Source: Tubiluchus corallicola
Taxonomy: Eukaryota > Animalia > Priapulida
NCBI GenBank assembly: GCA_030141605.1
Contig: JAQGDQ010000206.1
Location: forward strand, 62,001 to 126,000
Length of the DNA: 64,000 bases
Direction: 5' to 3'
The notes beneath the pieces are model-generated. The model saw only the letters and a program-made list of their open reading frames with translations. It was not told the DNA's origin and did no database searches. Shown in pieces: positions 12,831 to 24,530 of this stretch. Each line of letters begins with the position of its first letter. Position 1 is the stretch's first letter. Position numbers and translations under genes: made by a program.

Positions 12831-13765
12831 CTTATCACAGAAGTGGTTCCACGCTGTTGGGGGAAATTCTGAACAATCATCCGGATGTCATGTACTTCTA
12901 TGAGCCACTGGTCACTGTGTCATGGTTCCGTAAATACGACAAAAAACCATGGAGAGTTAGAAAATCCAGTTTAAATCAGAGCATAATATCGAGTGGATTG
13001 AATGTCGTTAGAAACCTGGGTACTTGCAATTACACCGACATTGACTTTATGAACAAGAACTATACGAAAGTGAAATGGCGTTCATGGCCGAAATATCCAT
13101 CGTGGAGTAGAGCTATAGCTAAAGCAGCAGGCTGTGATCATAGCATAGATACGATAAGAAAAAGATTGTGTGGAAACAAAACAACTACCGTTAGCCTGCA
13201 ACAGTTGAACAAGTTATGCGAGGCTCATAGTGTGCAAGCCATAAAGACCGTGCGTCTTCACGTGACGGATTTAGAACCATTGTTTGAAGACTTTAATTTG
13301 AAGATCCTTTACCTTTTGCGCGATCCCAGAGCGATTTTGGCGTCTAGAAAGAGGTCAAAGTGGGATAAAATGTCGAAAGGAATCATTAAAAGTTTGTGTA
13401 GTGACATGCAAGAGAACTGGAGAAGTGCAATGAAGGCCAATATACCAGCAGCACACCTCATGGTGATAAAATACGACGATTTAGTGCTAAATATGTACAC
13501 AAAAACAAAAGAAATACTTGCTTTTTTGGGCTTGCAGTATGATGGCAAAGTGGATTTCTTTTTAGAGAAAGTAGCTAGAGGAAACTTCAGAAGTTTTACA
13601 AGAAAAGCAAAGAGAGAATGGCGTCGAAACGATGGCACTTTTAAACTAAGACCCGAGGCCCATATTAACAGATGGAAGGTAATATTAAAGCAAGAGGAAA
13701 AAGAGTTAATTAATGACACCCCTGAATGTGTGCAATACATTCACGCACTGGGGTACGATCTGTAA
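12831..13765 (+). CDS. Carbohydrate (Gal/GlcNAc/GalNAc) 6-O-sulfotransferase catalytic exon, CHST1/3/5-like
   Basis: Contains 5'-PSB motif YHRSGSTLLGE, YFYEPL, IKTVRL, 3'-PB motif LLRDPRAILASR and IKYDDL. A phase-1 acceptor cttcttttattttag| at 12830 fits exon 3. The ORF is open from 12779, so the exact 5' boundary is uncertain. Confidence 0.9.
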
Positions 13766-14059
13766 AACAGTGAAGTTTAAGCATGCGCAGTTGGAATTTT
13801 TTACTTGCTTACTGTATGTTTTGTTGTAGTAAGTAATTAGTAATTACTTCAACTTAATCAACAAACCGTGACGGTTTATTTACTTATTGTCACATGCCCA
13901 CAATGCAGTTTTTATTCATTTTAGCATTAAATTCTTTTACACAAACTGGACGGTTAAATTGCTAAGTAACGCACGATGTTTACGTTGTACCTGTAGCTCA
14001 CAAGTTAAAGACAGGCTTTTTTAATATTATAATAGAACCTACTAGACAAAGGTCTAAAA

Positions 14060-14265
14060 CGCCATGTTGCAGGCGTGGAGAAAGACTGTCACCACTAGAA
14101 CTTAAGTACAGACGTTAAACACCATGAAACAGGCGTGGAGAAAGACTGTCACCACTAGAACCTAAGCGCATATGTCAAGCACCATGACACAGGCGTGGAG
14201 AAAGACTGTCACCACTAGATCCTAAGCGCATATGTCAAGCACCATGTAACAGGCGTGGAGAGTCT
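14060..14265. repeat. 60-bp minisatellite, about 3.5 copies
   Basis: CAGGCGTGGAGAAAGACTGTCACCACTAGA recurs at a 60-bp period. Confidence 0.9.
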
Positions 14266-15698
14266 GTCACAGTACTTGTTGAGCCTAAGTGCAAGTCTAA
14301 AACACCCCGGTTAGATGGGCACTAGCGCCTACATTTCGCAAAAGCGATGTACAAAAAACAGGTGCTGTACTTTTCAGTTCAGAGGCCTTTGGTTGTAACG
14401 TAGTGTACACGTTCGTGAGCATGCGCGAGCACAGCGGTAAAATTGAAATTTGAATTTCAAACATAAAATTTACAGATTTTTGTATATCACATTGAATATT
14501 GTACAGTAGCACTGTACTTCAATTTTGGCTTATGCAAATACGTGCAACACGTTCAAGGAATGTTTGTGCTGTTGAAAATTACTTTCATTTGTGATGTCGT
14601 CACTAACTGCGCGCCCGGGATTAATTAAGTTTTTAACCTATTATTTAATTACCAGAAATACTTTGGCATTATCATTGGTGTTGAAATGCATAATTTTTGT
14701 CGTTCAAAATTGCTTGAGATATGAAAAATCATCCTGTTTTCCTTTAAAATGTCACAACAAAATTTATATTATACATATATAGATATTCACAAAATGGTAT
14801 AAACTTTGTTGACCTTGGTAACTAGAATGCGGCATGCACGTTAACAGGTCAAGGTCATCAAACATTCAGTTTTTGGAATAACACTGCACAGATAACGTAA
14901 AACATGCATTCACGCTACTACACCAGCTGCAATGCAGTTCTTGCAATTGTTAATTTCTATAGTTCAAATCGTCTTGCAGAGTCTTCAGTTTGTGACTTTC
15001 AGTACTAATTCTTGTGTTAAGACTCGCAAAGAACTTAAATGATTGGCTATACCAAAAAGACGTTTAAAGGAAAACCGGACGATTGTGTAAACATTAGTTC
15101 AGAATAAAGAATGCTCTAAATATTGAAAACTACAATAGATTTTTTGAATCATTAATAATAATTACCTCGGATACTCAAATTTCGTTAAACTTTCAAAGCT
15201 ACGCGTGGCTCAGTGAATCTACTAAGATTGGCAGCGGCGCCTTTTTGTCACATTCGCGTGGCCGACAAATAGAAGGCGGTACCGCGATAACCATGATCAC
15301 GAACTGCTGTGTTAGTTTCATGACGTCATATGATGCAGAGCCCATTTTTCGTGACATCACGCGCTTAAGCAGTACTGTAACACTTATGCAAATGTGCTTG
15401 ACGCGCAAGAGAAGACGCCTGCCATTGCACAAACTGTGGTTAGTTTCTGACGCAAGCAATAGCTGTGTTAATTAACTTTCTAAGCTAATTATTCAAACAT
15501 AAGAAACAATTGCTAACTTTTATAGGCAAGAAAACGCATATTTTGGACAGTAAATTAAAATGAGATTGAGTCTAAACAATCATCCGGTTTTCCTTCAAGT
15601 AAAGACGTCAGATAACAAAAAGCATAAGTTAAAATTTATTTTGGATGTTTGGTGGATCAAAATAGCTCATCCCAATGGGGGAGGTGTCTTCCTCTTCG

Positions 15699-16939
15699 CT
15701 ATTTTTTCAGTTTTGTTGGCTGCCCTTCCATACCCTTCCTTGGCATCTCTAATGACTGACAGTTACATTTCCGAATTTGAATAAAGAGACGATAATTGTC
15801 CTCCCAATCTTTTAAAGGGCACACGAGTACCCCAGCAGCTGACACTCCTGAATAAAACGTTAAATTTGCATTGTAGTGGGACACTGTGTACGACTCTTTT
15901 ACAGAACTGGTTGCGTCCTCTTCTGCTTCATTGTAACTCAAGTTTACAAATGAGAACTTCATTACTTTAGGGAGGGTATCACTCCAGAGCCTACAATCCG
16001 TTTTGCATTTATTCCTACATTCTGTCTCAGTTCCACTTTTCTCCACACAGTTCTTCTCGCAAGTTGACTGACAATTACTGCCGTCATAGTCACCGCCTAA
16101 CGAGTGTCGCCGTCGTCGTCTGGTAAGTGGTGGCGTCAGCGTCGTCGCTGGAGACAATATTCTTGATTTGCAGATGGACTTGCTTTGTACCTTACAACTC
16201 TTTGCGCATTTCGCCCTGCATTTTTTCCTTTTTCTCCGCTTTTGACGTCCTTGGTATTTGGTACAGTCCCGCTGTTCACAGCCAGGCTGGCACTGCTTTG
16301 TGCCATCTTTTACGCAGTCGCAAAACGTCTTACAGTTTTCCCTACACGAGGGAATATTCCCACATCTTTTCTCACACTTGCATTGACAAGCGTATAATCT
16401 TTTGCAAATTCTCTTGCAGGTCTTGCGGCAGCGTCTTCTGCGCTTGCGTGGTTTTGTTCTATCACACTCTTCTTTACACGTGCTAGTACAGTTCGTGGCA
16501 ACTTCGCAAGATGGTTTTGGGGCAGTGGCGGGCTGAGATTTGATTTTTGGTGACGAAAGTTTCTTCCTAGCCTTGCCACACTTAAGTCTACGTCGTTTAC
16601 CAGATCCCACAATTCGACAGTTTACGATCAGTTGATTTTTCTTTCCATTGTCGAACAATATTAGTCGTTTTACTCTCTTCAGCTTCCTTTTCTGAACAGG
16701 ACTAACACTTTCGAACACTTTTAAAGTGACAGATGCAATGTCACATTGTGCTGGTGCCCCATCAATATTGAAAATTGCTGCAAGACAAGTGCTTCTTCCA
16801 GCTGGTTTTTCTCTGGATTTGTTGATTACGACGCCACAGTCTTTCAGTTCATTCCATCCTACATGTCTGGTGGTCTCTATGTTGATGCCATGTTGTTCCA
16901 TTATGTAATGCTTAGTGCAGTCTTCCTTGCAGATTGTTT
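15699..16939 (-). CDS. Uncharacterised Cys-rich basic protein, exon 2 (four CX3CX3C-Xn-CX3CX3C modules)
   Basis: A 1.24-kb non-repetitive ORF. The phase-1 acceptor catcag| at 16940 joins exon 1 in frame (SETNS|ETICKEDC). AATAAA lies at 15640-15635, downstream of the stop. Confidence 0.8.
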
Positions 16940-16943
16940 CTGA

Positions 16944-17837
16944 TGTGACCAGTAATAAAAATCATAGGGAAAAAGTTACAGGGGAAAAACTCGCAATTTT
17001 GCCTAGAAAGAAAGTCACAGGAAAAATTCATAACTAGGCTAAAGTTTACAATTACCACACACACAAGAAATTGGCTCGTGAAGCAGATTAGAATTAGGGC
17101 TAGGGTTAAAATAAGTTCCAAACTGCCATTTTCATGTACAAATTCTCTCATCAATTATTGCTTCCCTTATTTACTGATTATTTTTGTTTGAATGCTGAGA
17201 TACATAATTACGACACACGCTATAGACGTAACTATCATTACATGCAACACAAACGTTAGAAAATTTTCTATTAAATACAATGGCCCTTACATATGGAATT
17301 CAGTTGCTCTATCTATTAAAAATGCCAACTCGCTGTCTATATTTAAAAAAATTATAAATTAAACTTACTTGAAACATATAACTGATCACTCAATCATGAT
17401 TTGTTGTTTTTCATTTTCAAAAACTTCCCCTCTAGTATAATAATATTTTTATTACTTCCCACCCGTATTTATATTTGTATATATTGTAATATTGTATCAG
17501 TATATATTGTAATTTTTTCGTAACTAATTCTAGTGGCCTACCATAAGCTACCTTCTTAGGTCTCTAGAGCAGAATTCATATCAATTCATAATATTGTATC
17601 ACATTTTTGTATTAACAAAAATCGATTATCGATGCAAAAAAAAGTTAGGGTTGGGGTACAGCTAGGGTTAGGGTTACGGATAGGGTATTTAAATTGTGTG
17701 GGGAATTGTAAACTTCCTCCCACAACTAATTCTGGCTAGGGATAGGTTAGGGTTAGAGTTATTTCTTTTTCCCCGTGCCTTTTTCCCGTGAATTTTTCCT
17801 GGGGCTTTTTCGCCTGTGTTTCTTTTTACCTGAATTG
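16944..17837. mobile_element. TIR MITE forming the intron of the Cys-rich gene
   Basis: Inverted termini (gtaataaaaatcatagggaaaaag versus gtaaaaagaaacacaggcgaaaaag). GGAAAAA subterminal repeats and TTAGGG-like arrays in both halves. 8-bp TSD gtttctga at 16936-16943 and 17838-17845. Confidence 0.7.
17150..17643 (+). mobile_element. CR1/L2-type LINE 3' fragment nested in the intronic MITE
   Basis: Degenerate HNYDTR...TNVRKFSIKYNGPYIWNSVALSIKNANSLSIFKK, typical of the CR1/L2 ORF2 C-terminus, followed by an A-rich end. Confidence 0.6.
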
Positions 17838-18154
17838 GTTTCTGAGCCAATGGGACACGTTCCACCATAGCTTGAGAATATTCCTGTGTCAATTTCAACT
17901 TCCGTTTGTGATGTGTCAACTGGACGCGTAAAATCACAGGCGTTAGAAGAAGCATTAGCAGACAACTTGTTATTCGCGTGTGGTATTCCAGATACGGCGG
18001 ATTCAACAGAAAGCAGAAGAAATATTAGACATGCCAGAGATTTAGAACCACGTAAAACGTTGAGACGAATTGTTTTCAACCCATTATTGCAATAAATGCT
18101 TTGGTTAACTGCCAGTTTTTCGACTTCGCTAACACGTTTCGATAGAAAAATCAT
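17830..18154 (-). CDS. Uncharacterised secreted-type Cys-rich basic protein, exon 1
   Basis: First Met after an in-frame stop. Hydrophobic segment LACLIFLLLSVESAVSG is signal-like. Phase-1 donor TCAG|gtaaaa at 17829. Confidence 0.7.
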
Positions 18155-18914
18155 TAGAATTAAATTTGTAAAATTGCTCTCTTAGTAAAATTGCTCCTTT
18201 AGCAGCATGGCTTTCTCGGTAGAATTAATTCGAACGTAATTTGAAATGCAAGCAGCGTCAAACAATTCATTCTAGAAGAACCATTGTTGATGCGGAAACC
18301 TAGAAATCTTTTTGGTAGAAATAACTGTTATATAGCTCTGATCTAATGCTAAGCTTTTTCATAGTTAAAGCCATTGGAGATGATCGTGAAAAGGTCAAAG
18401 GTTAAGGGTACGAGACAACACATTTGTGTACACTTGACATCGCCTCGCAGCCCATGCTGTTGTAATAGTAACAGCTTTAACAGCTAGCTAGAATCTTACG
18501 TAGTTCATTTTTTCTTGTTTCCAAGCAAGATCCTGCTAGTAAATTACTCTACGCACATACTAATGCACAATTAAATAAAGTCCACGCAAAATAACTGACG
18601 CAGCAGAAGGCTTTGCTTTACCCAAATGCCACGTGACGGTTGCAGTTAAAACGCGTTGCTGTGGTACACTTAACCTTTGACCTGAGCAACTGCGCGTACC
18701 CACAACGAAGCTGCCCACTAATGCCCACAACGAAAAGGCTTATTAGAAGGATTATGTCGTTAGCCACCATGTTTAGCTAGTTTCTCTTCACTGTCGTTCA
18801 GACTAGCCAGGTTTCTCGGCAAGTAACTCGCCAAGGATGTTCAGACAAGAGAGCAAAACTTGTTGCAACTGTCAGAGACACTCACTTTGCAAGAAGTGTT
18901 GAGAGCAACTCACC

Positions 18915-19133
18915 GTGGCGTTCACACTAGACAGTAACTCGTCGAGGAGTTTACACTAGACAGTAACTCGGCGAGGCGTTCACACTAGACAGTAACTCGT
19001 CGAGGAGTTTACACTAGACAGTAACTCGTCGAGGAGTTCACACTAGACAGTAACTCGTCGAGGAGTTTACACTAGACAGTAACTCGTCGAGGAGTTTACA
19101 CTAGACAGTAACTCGTCGAGGCGTTCACACTAA
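18915..19133. repeat. 29-bp tandem repeat inside a Harbinger-like MITE
   Basis: About seven copies of GTAACTCGTCGAGGAGTTTACACTAGACA. Confidence 0.9.
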
Positions 19134-19189
19134 GCAGCAAATTAACTTACAGCGAGTGTGGCAGAGCTTGCAATAACAGACACTGTTAC

Positions 19190-19352
19190 TACCCGGCTTT
19201 TACCCCGGGCCAGGCAGGGCAACAGCGGGTACTATTTCTAAAATCTTTGGTATGAGCCGGCAGCAGTATCGAACTCACGACCTCCCAAACGGAACTCACG
19301 ACGCCCTAGACGGATTCCGACCTCCCGGACGCGTTACCACTAGACTATACCA
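19190..19352 (-). mobile_element. tRNA-derived SINE fragment
   Basis: Reverse-strand A box (TAGTCTAGTGG) and B box (GAGTTCGATAC) followed by CCGGCTCATACCAAAGA. Confidence 0.45.
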
Positions 19353-19559
19353 TCTGGTCAAATTGTTGAAATTACTTGGTGAAAACTTTCTATGTATGTT
19401 TTCAACTTTGTGGTTTTCCAGTCGCTTGACCAAGAAGTTCCAGCAGAATAACTAATGAACAAACAGCCTGGAAACAACAAGATTTCTAGAAGCAAAAATT
19501 CAAAAGCCTTGATTTACTCGAAATCTTAGTTAAGATTTGTCTACTGTGTCTGGGCATTT

Positions 19560-19585
19560 GTTTATTTATTCATTCATTAGTTCAT

Positions 19586-19676
<91 letters not shown>

Positions 19677-19733
19677 TGTATTTATGTATTTATGTATTTA
19701 TGTATTTATTTATTTATTTATTTATTTATTTAT
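19560..19733. repeat. (ATTT)n microsatellite
   Basis: Seen directly in the sequence. Confidence 0.95.
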
Positions 19734-19961
19734 TCTTTCATTCGTTCATGCATTATTTTCTATCTTTATTTGTTTACTTATTTATTTATTGAAAGTAATC
19801 GCCACCTGTGTGTGTCACGTATACGCAGGAAAACAATCTTAAAACTCATTTTATAAAGATTTAGAATTACAGTTAATACTTACTGCCCTTAAATTCTTTC
19901 TTCTGGAATTATCGGTGGATTAGGCCTATAAAGGATTGAATTTAGGACCTTTCATGATAAC

Positions 19962-20030
19962 TGGGGCGGTAATCTAGTGGTTTCTATATTCGTCTTGTAA
20001 GAGAAACGTCCCAGGTTCAACTCCGGGCCT
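19962..20030 (+). mobile_element. tRNA-derived SINE head or tRNA pseudogene
   Basis: A box TAATCTAGTGG, B box GGTTCAACTCC; the stems are degenerate. Confidence 0.45.
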
Positions 20031-23000
20031 TTCTGTCCCGTCTTTCTCGTATTTATTTTCCTTTGGAGAAGTTTGACTTCAAAAATTTAGCAACATAGTA
20101 CGTTTACTGCAGCGTCAATAGTAATTTTGAAGCCAACTTCGTAAATCACCCAAACCATCGTATCACACCACAAACACTTACTTGCCGCGCTTCCTTAAAT
20201 GAGCAGCAGGGCATCGTAACGATGTTTATTATTATTATTATTATATTTTTTACGGCCGGCACTATAATAGTTAATGCAATGCTGGCTAATTTAGTAATGA
20301 GAAAAACAGTTTCGTATTCTCGAGTGAGTTATTATGTATTAGTTGCACAATCGTTTTATTTTTGTAGCAAATGAAGTGCCACTTTTTAGCTCCATGGATA
20401 TTTTATATCTGTCTTTATTATGCTGATAAAAGTTCGGTCACCCTGAAAACAGTTTCATAAATTTTAATGCAGTTATAAAAACTGTCTAACTGAAACTTGC
20501 CCAGATATGCAGCCAATAGCTGTTACTGTTATTAAATTGTACCACGCCACATGCAGTTATAAGTGTTCTTCCTATAAATTGCCCATATGTATATTGACAT
20601 TAAATTACATTCGCATGATATTATATAATTATTATTATTATAACATTTTCTTTGAAACCAGCAGTGTAATCGATGCTGGTGAAATTAATAATAATGCACA
20701 GACCGGTTTTTCCTTGGACAACATTGTATGCGTATTTGCAAAATAATTTTATTTTTATAACCAATAAAATTCAAGATTTCGGCTTTATTTTGCGTTTATT
20801 TTTTATATTAATGAAGGTTCTGTTTGAAATATTGAAGTAATATTCAATTAAAGATACCTCAGCTTATCAATAATCACTTGTATTCTAATATTTTAACACA
20901 CTACAAGCAGTTAATGGATTTGTTTCCTCAAATTGCTTTGGATCATTTCACAGGCAAGTTGAAAGTTTGTATACGTTGCTAACACACACGATAAAAGATT
21001 TTGTTTAGTTTACTGTTTTTCAATTAATTTTTCACATACGTATAAAAATATTTTGATATTCGATAGTAAAAAGGAATGAGCAAAAACGCCAAAAGTATAT
21101 ATCACATAAATTTTTACTAAAATCATCAATTCCTACTTTTTTTCACAAAACATCATACTATTATTAACAAAGTCAAGGTAACAACATTGTCATCGTTTGG
21201 AAAACTTTAAAGAACTTTCGTCACATTGCGCCAGAAATGTGCAAAAAGATTTCGACACAAACTTCTTCGAAACAAGCTCTTTTAGACAAGGGTTTGGACA
21301 GAGCGTGGTTGGAGACACACGACCTTGGACGCACGCAGATTGGACTCAGGACACAAGATGACTGGACACTGGATTGTCTGGACACAAATGAGTTTCAACA
21401 TGGTCAAATTTGGATGCAAGTTCTTGAGGACCCTGTAGTTTAGACAAGATACAGGTTAGATTGAGGAACAGTTGGGGACAAGAACGGAAGTATCGAAGCA
21501 ATGTTTTCGAAAAGAAGTATTAGGACACACGTGCATTTAAACGCTGAACAAATGTGTGTGTCCAAGCAGGGATCCGAAAATGTGTCCTGTCCAAACGTGC
21601 TTGTGCTAAAATGTATTATGTCCTGTCATCTGTCAAAACGTCCTGCTTTTAAACTAACCCGTGTCCAAATGCTAGATGTTTTGAATCAAAATCTCACGCG
21701 TGTCCAAATTCTCTGTCTGTCAGTGACGTAGCTAAAAGTGGAACACATTTTTCAAAATTGGCGGCTTTTCAACAATGGAGTCATTACTTTAATTGACCAA
21801 CTTGCCTTACGTGTTTTTGACATGAGCCTGGATTTATGCAACTCATTTGTCAAGGTTGACTGGTTAAACCAAGGATCAAATTGTTGCCCCAAATCTAATT
21901 ATTATAATATATTCCTGTCACAAGATTGTCTAGAAACAATTGTCTAGTAGTAGGCCTGCTGTCGATTACGTAATTGCAAAGGTAAGGTTCAGTCTCTTTA
22001 CGTTTTTCCGTATACGTATTATACGTAACTAAAGTAACTTATGCAAAATAACAATCGTGTACTTCCTTTAAAACCGTATCTTCCTCTTGTTTTGATTTTA
22101 AACACAAAATGAAAATATATAATAAATGCGTTTGAAAACCGTTTGGTATCATATATGTCACGGCGCCTTATTTACGTACTTGCTTTCCCTAGCTTTAGAG
22201 CCCGACGACGCCCCCTGCTGTGCGCAAGCGTCCTGTCTCCAAACTTGCGCATGCGCAAATGAAGCTGCGTGGAAAATTGCTATCGGTTCACTTGTATCGA
22301 AAAAGTTTGTGTACAAAAACAATCCTCGTTGAATATATGTGCAGTTTATACAGTATACATGCAATACAGCAATCATTACAAATTTTAAATAATTGAATTT
22401 TGATTGTTTTATAAAATCTAAAATCGTCATACGTTGTACAGTAAAATTACAATAAAAATAGCATGGAATTTGTGGTAGTAAGAACAACAGACAGATAGAA
22501 TAAAGTCGGCTGATTATACAATAGGGCATGATAATGATATAGAGCTATCTAAAAATATACTAGTTTGTACTATAAGACACTCACTTCAACAAAAACGACT
22601 AACAACGAACGATTTATGTTACTTATACGGTGTGACTATACTCACGAACAAAGGAAATTTTTTTATTGATCACCTTAGTTCGCTTACGTTTACTGTTTAA
22701 ACGAGACGTGGAAGAGGAAAATGGACATTGGCTACTCTGGGCTCAGATTGCTGAATGGATAAAAGTTTGTAGTTAAAATAAGGCCTCTGGCTCCTCGCGT
22801 GCCCACCCCCATTATATAATTCGAGAACAACACTCATAGAATGCATTTAATGAAACAACATCACCATCTATATAAAGAGAAGTAATTCATAAGTTGTATG
22901 TAATATCGTATTGAGAACAGCTTTGTGATTTTTACGCTTAAACGTGCAAAAGTTTCTGCCCAAAAAGTTGAACTTATAATTCAAGGGAGCAAAAAATTCG

Positions 23001-23226
23001 ACCGAATTGTTCCAAATTTCCAATAATTAGTCAAAATGCACTTTTTTGCAAATGCAAAAGTTTCGTATGTTGAAAGGAATTTTTTAAATTTTGGCAAAAA
23101 TCCCTGCTTTGAAACAGCGAAGTTTTCACAGCCCACGATATAAATTTAATAGATAGATAATAGATAGAAACACACACAAATGTTTAGAAACACAGGAATA
23201 TTACTCAAATCAATATTGAAACTAAA

Positions 23227-23550
23227 GGCGTGTTCAGCCTAGCGAGTTTTCCCTCTGCTTTGCAAGTTACTGTCAGTAACTTATTGCAAACTCTTCCAAA
23301 GTTGCTGCGAGTTCATTTACTATCTAGTGTGAACGCCTCGGCGAGTTACTATCTAGTGAGAACGCCTCGGCGAGTTACTGTCTAGTATGAACGCCTCGGG
23401 GAGTTACTCTCGACACTTCTCGCAGTGAATACAGGAGTGAATATCATCTCGTACTTACTGTCGGAGAGTAACTCGCAGCAATAGTCTGAATATGCTTGCA
23501 AGTTACTTGGTGAGTTACATGGAAAGAAAACTCGTTAGTGTGAACGAGTC
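23227..23550. mobile_element. Harbinger/PIF-like MITE with GAGTTAC/GTAACTC repeats (related copies near 18793-19165 and 50568-51013)
   Basis: GGCGTGTTCAG(C)CTAGCGAG ... CTCGTTAGTGTGAACG inverted ends, with internal 29-bp units. The superfamily call is tentative. Confidence 0.5.
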
Positions 23551-24530
23551 GTAACAATTGTAACATTCTACATGCTGTTCGGTGGGACTCATCCTTCATA
23601 AATTATATTCACATTATAACTTGAATATAACACTACACAATATATGCCAACTACTGATTGTACACAGAGTTACAGACACACACAACACTTTATAATTATT
23701 AGAAAAATCCTATTAATCTTAATCAGTTACTTCTACTTAGAGGACAAGAAAAGGCCTAGTTAAAGCAAGTCTCAGAAAATTTTCGGTTAAGAATTGTATC
23801 GGTTAGAGGCAATCTTAAGCGTTTATCGTACTCACGTTAAAAGAATTTCCTGTTTGTTTTCATTTTAAATACTCCCGCGAGACTTTCACGGTGGCGCCAT
23901 GTTAGATGGCGTCACAAAACCACAACACAAATCTTTATAGTACATGTGCTCAGAACTCACTGCGACTGTGTTCGTGTGATGTCATTCCACGTGATCAGTC
24001 ACATGCTGGCTTTTCAATTGGCGGATTAAATGAAACATGTCTGCGGCAACGTTTACTGCAGCGGTTGAAATACTTTACATAAAATGAAGTAAATGCGAAA
24101 ACGTGAGTAGTTTATTGCTTAAGATTATACTTAGGTGATATGATGTTTTATTGCGAATTTTCTGAGGCTTACTTTGGTTGACCTTTTTTTGCCCTTTAAT
24201 CATGGGCATAAACGAACAAATATTTAAACACTTAGCTGCAGTCTGCAGACTGAGAAATAGCCTTAACTGCCTGTCAATAATATTGAATTTTAAACTAAAT
24301 AAGAGCTAGGTATTGATTCTTTATTTTAGTCTATATGACAATCTATGCATATTCACCAAAAGAAGCTGTATACTAATGTCAAGAACAATTGTACAAGAAT
24401 AATAATTGTGGCATAAAATTGAAATATTAGAACACTATTATAACTATTTAGAAAGATTAGAAAACTAGAAATTAGAAAGTTAGAAATTAGAAAATCCATT
24501 AACAAATAACTTCACAAGACAATATAATAT

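Noticed and set aside
13309-13740. 143-aa antisense ORF
   Set aside because: Shadow of the sulfotransferase exon. The ORFs at 16127-16943 and 53158-53436 are likewise shadows of real exons.
17640-17760. TTAGGG repeats as an interstitial telomere
   Set aside because: Short, degenerate and part of the MITE's internal structure.
18915-19133. 29-bp repeats of CRISPR-like length
   Set aside because: The units are head-to-tail with no spacers and belong to a MITE family.
19962-20030. Functional tRNA gene
   Set aside because: A and B boxes are present, but the acceptor and anticodon stems do not pair properly, so it is treated as a SINE or pseudogene.
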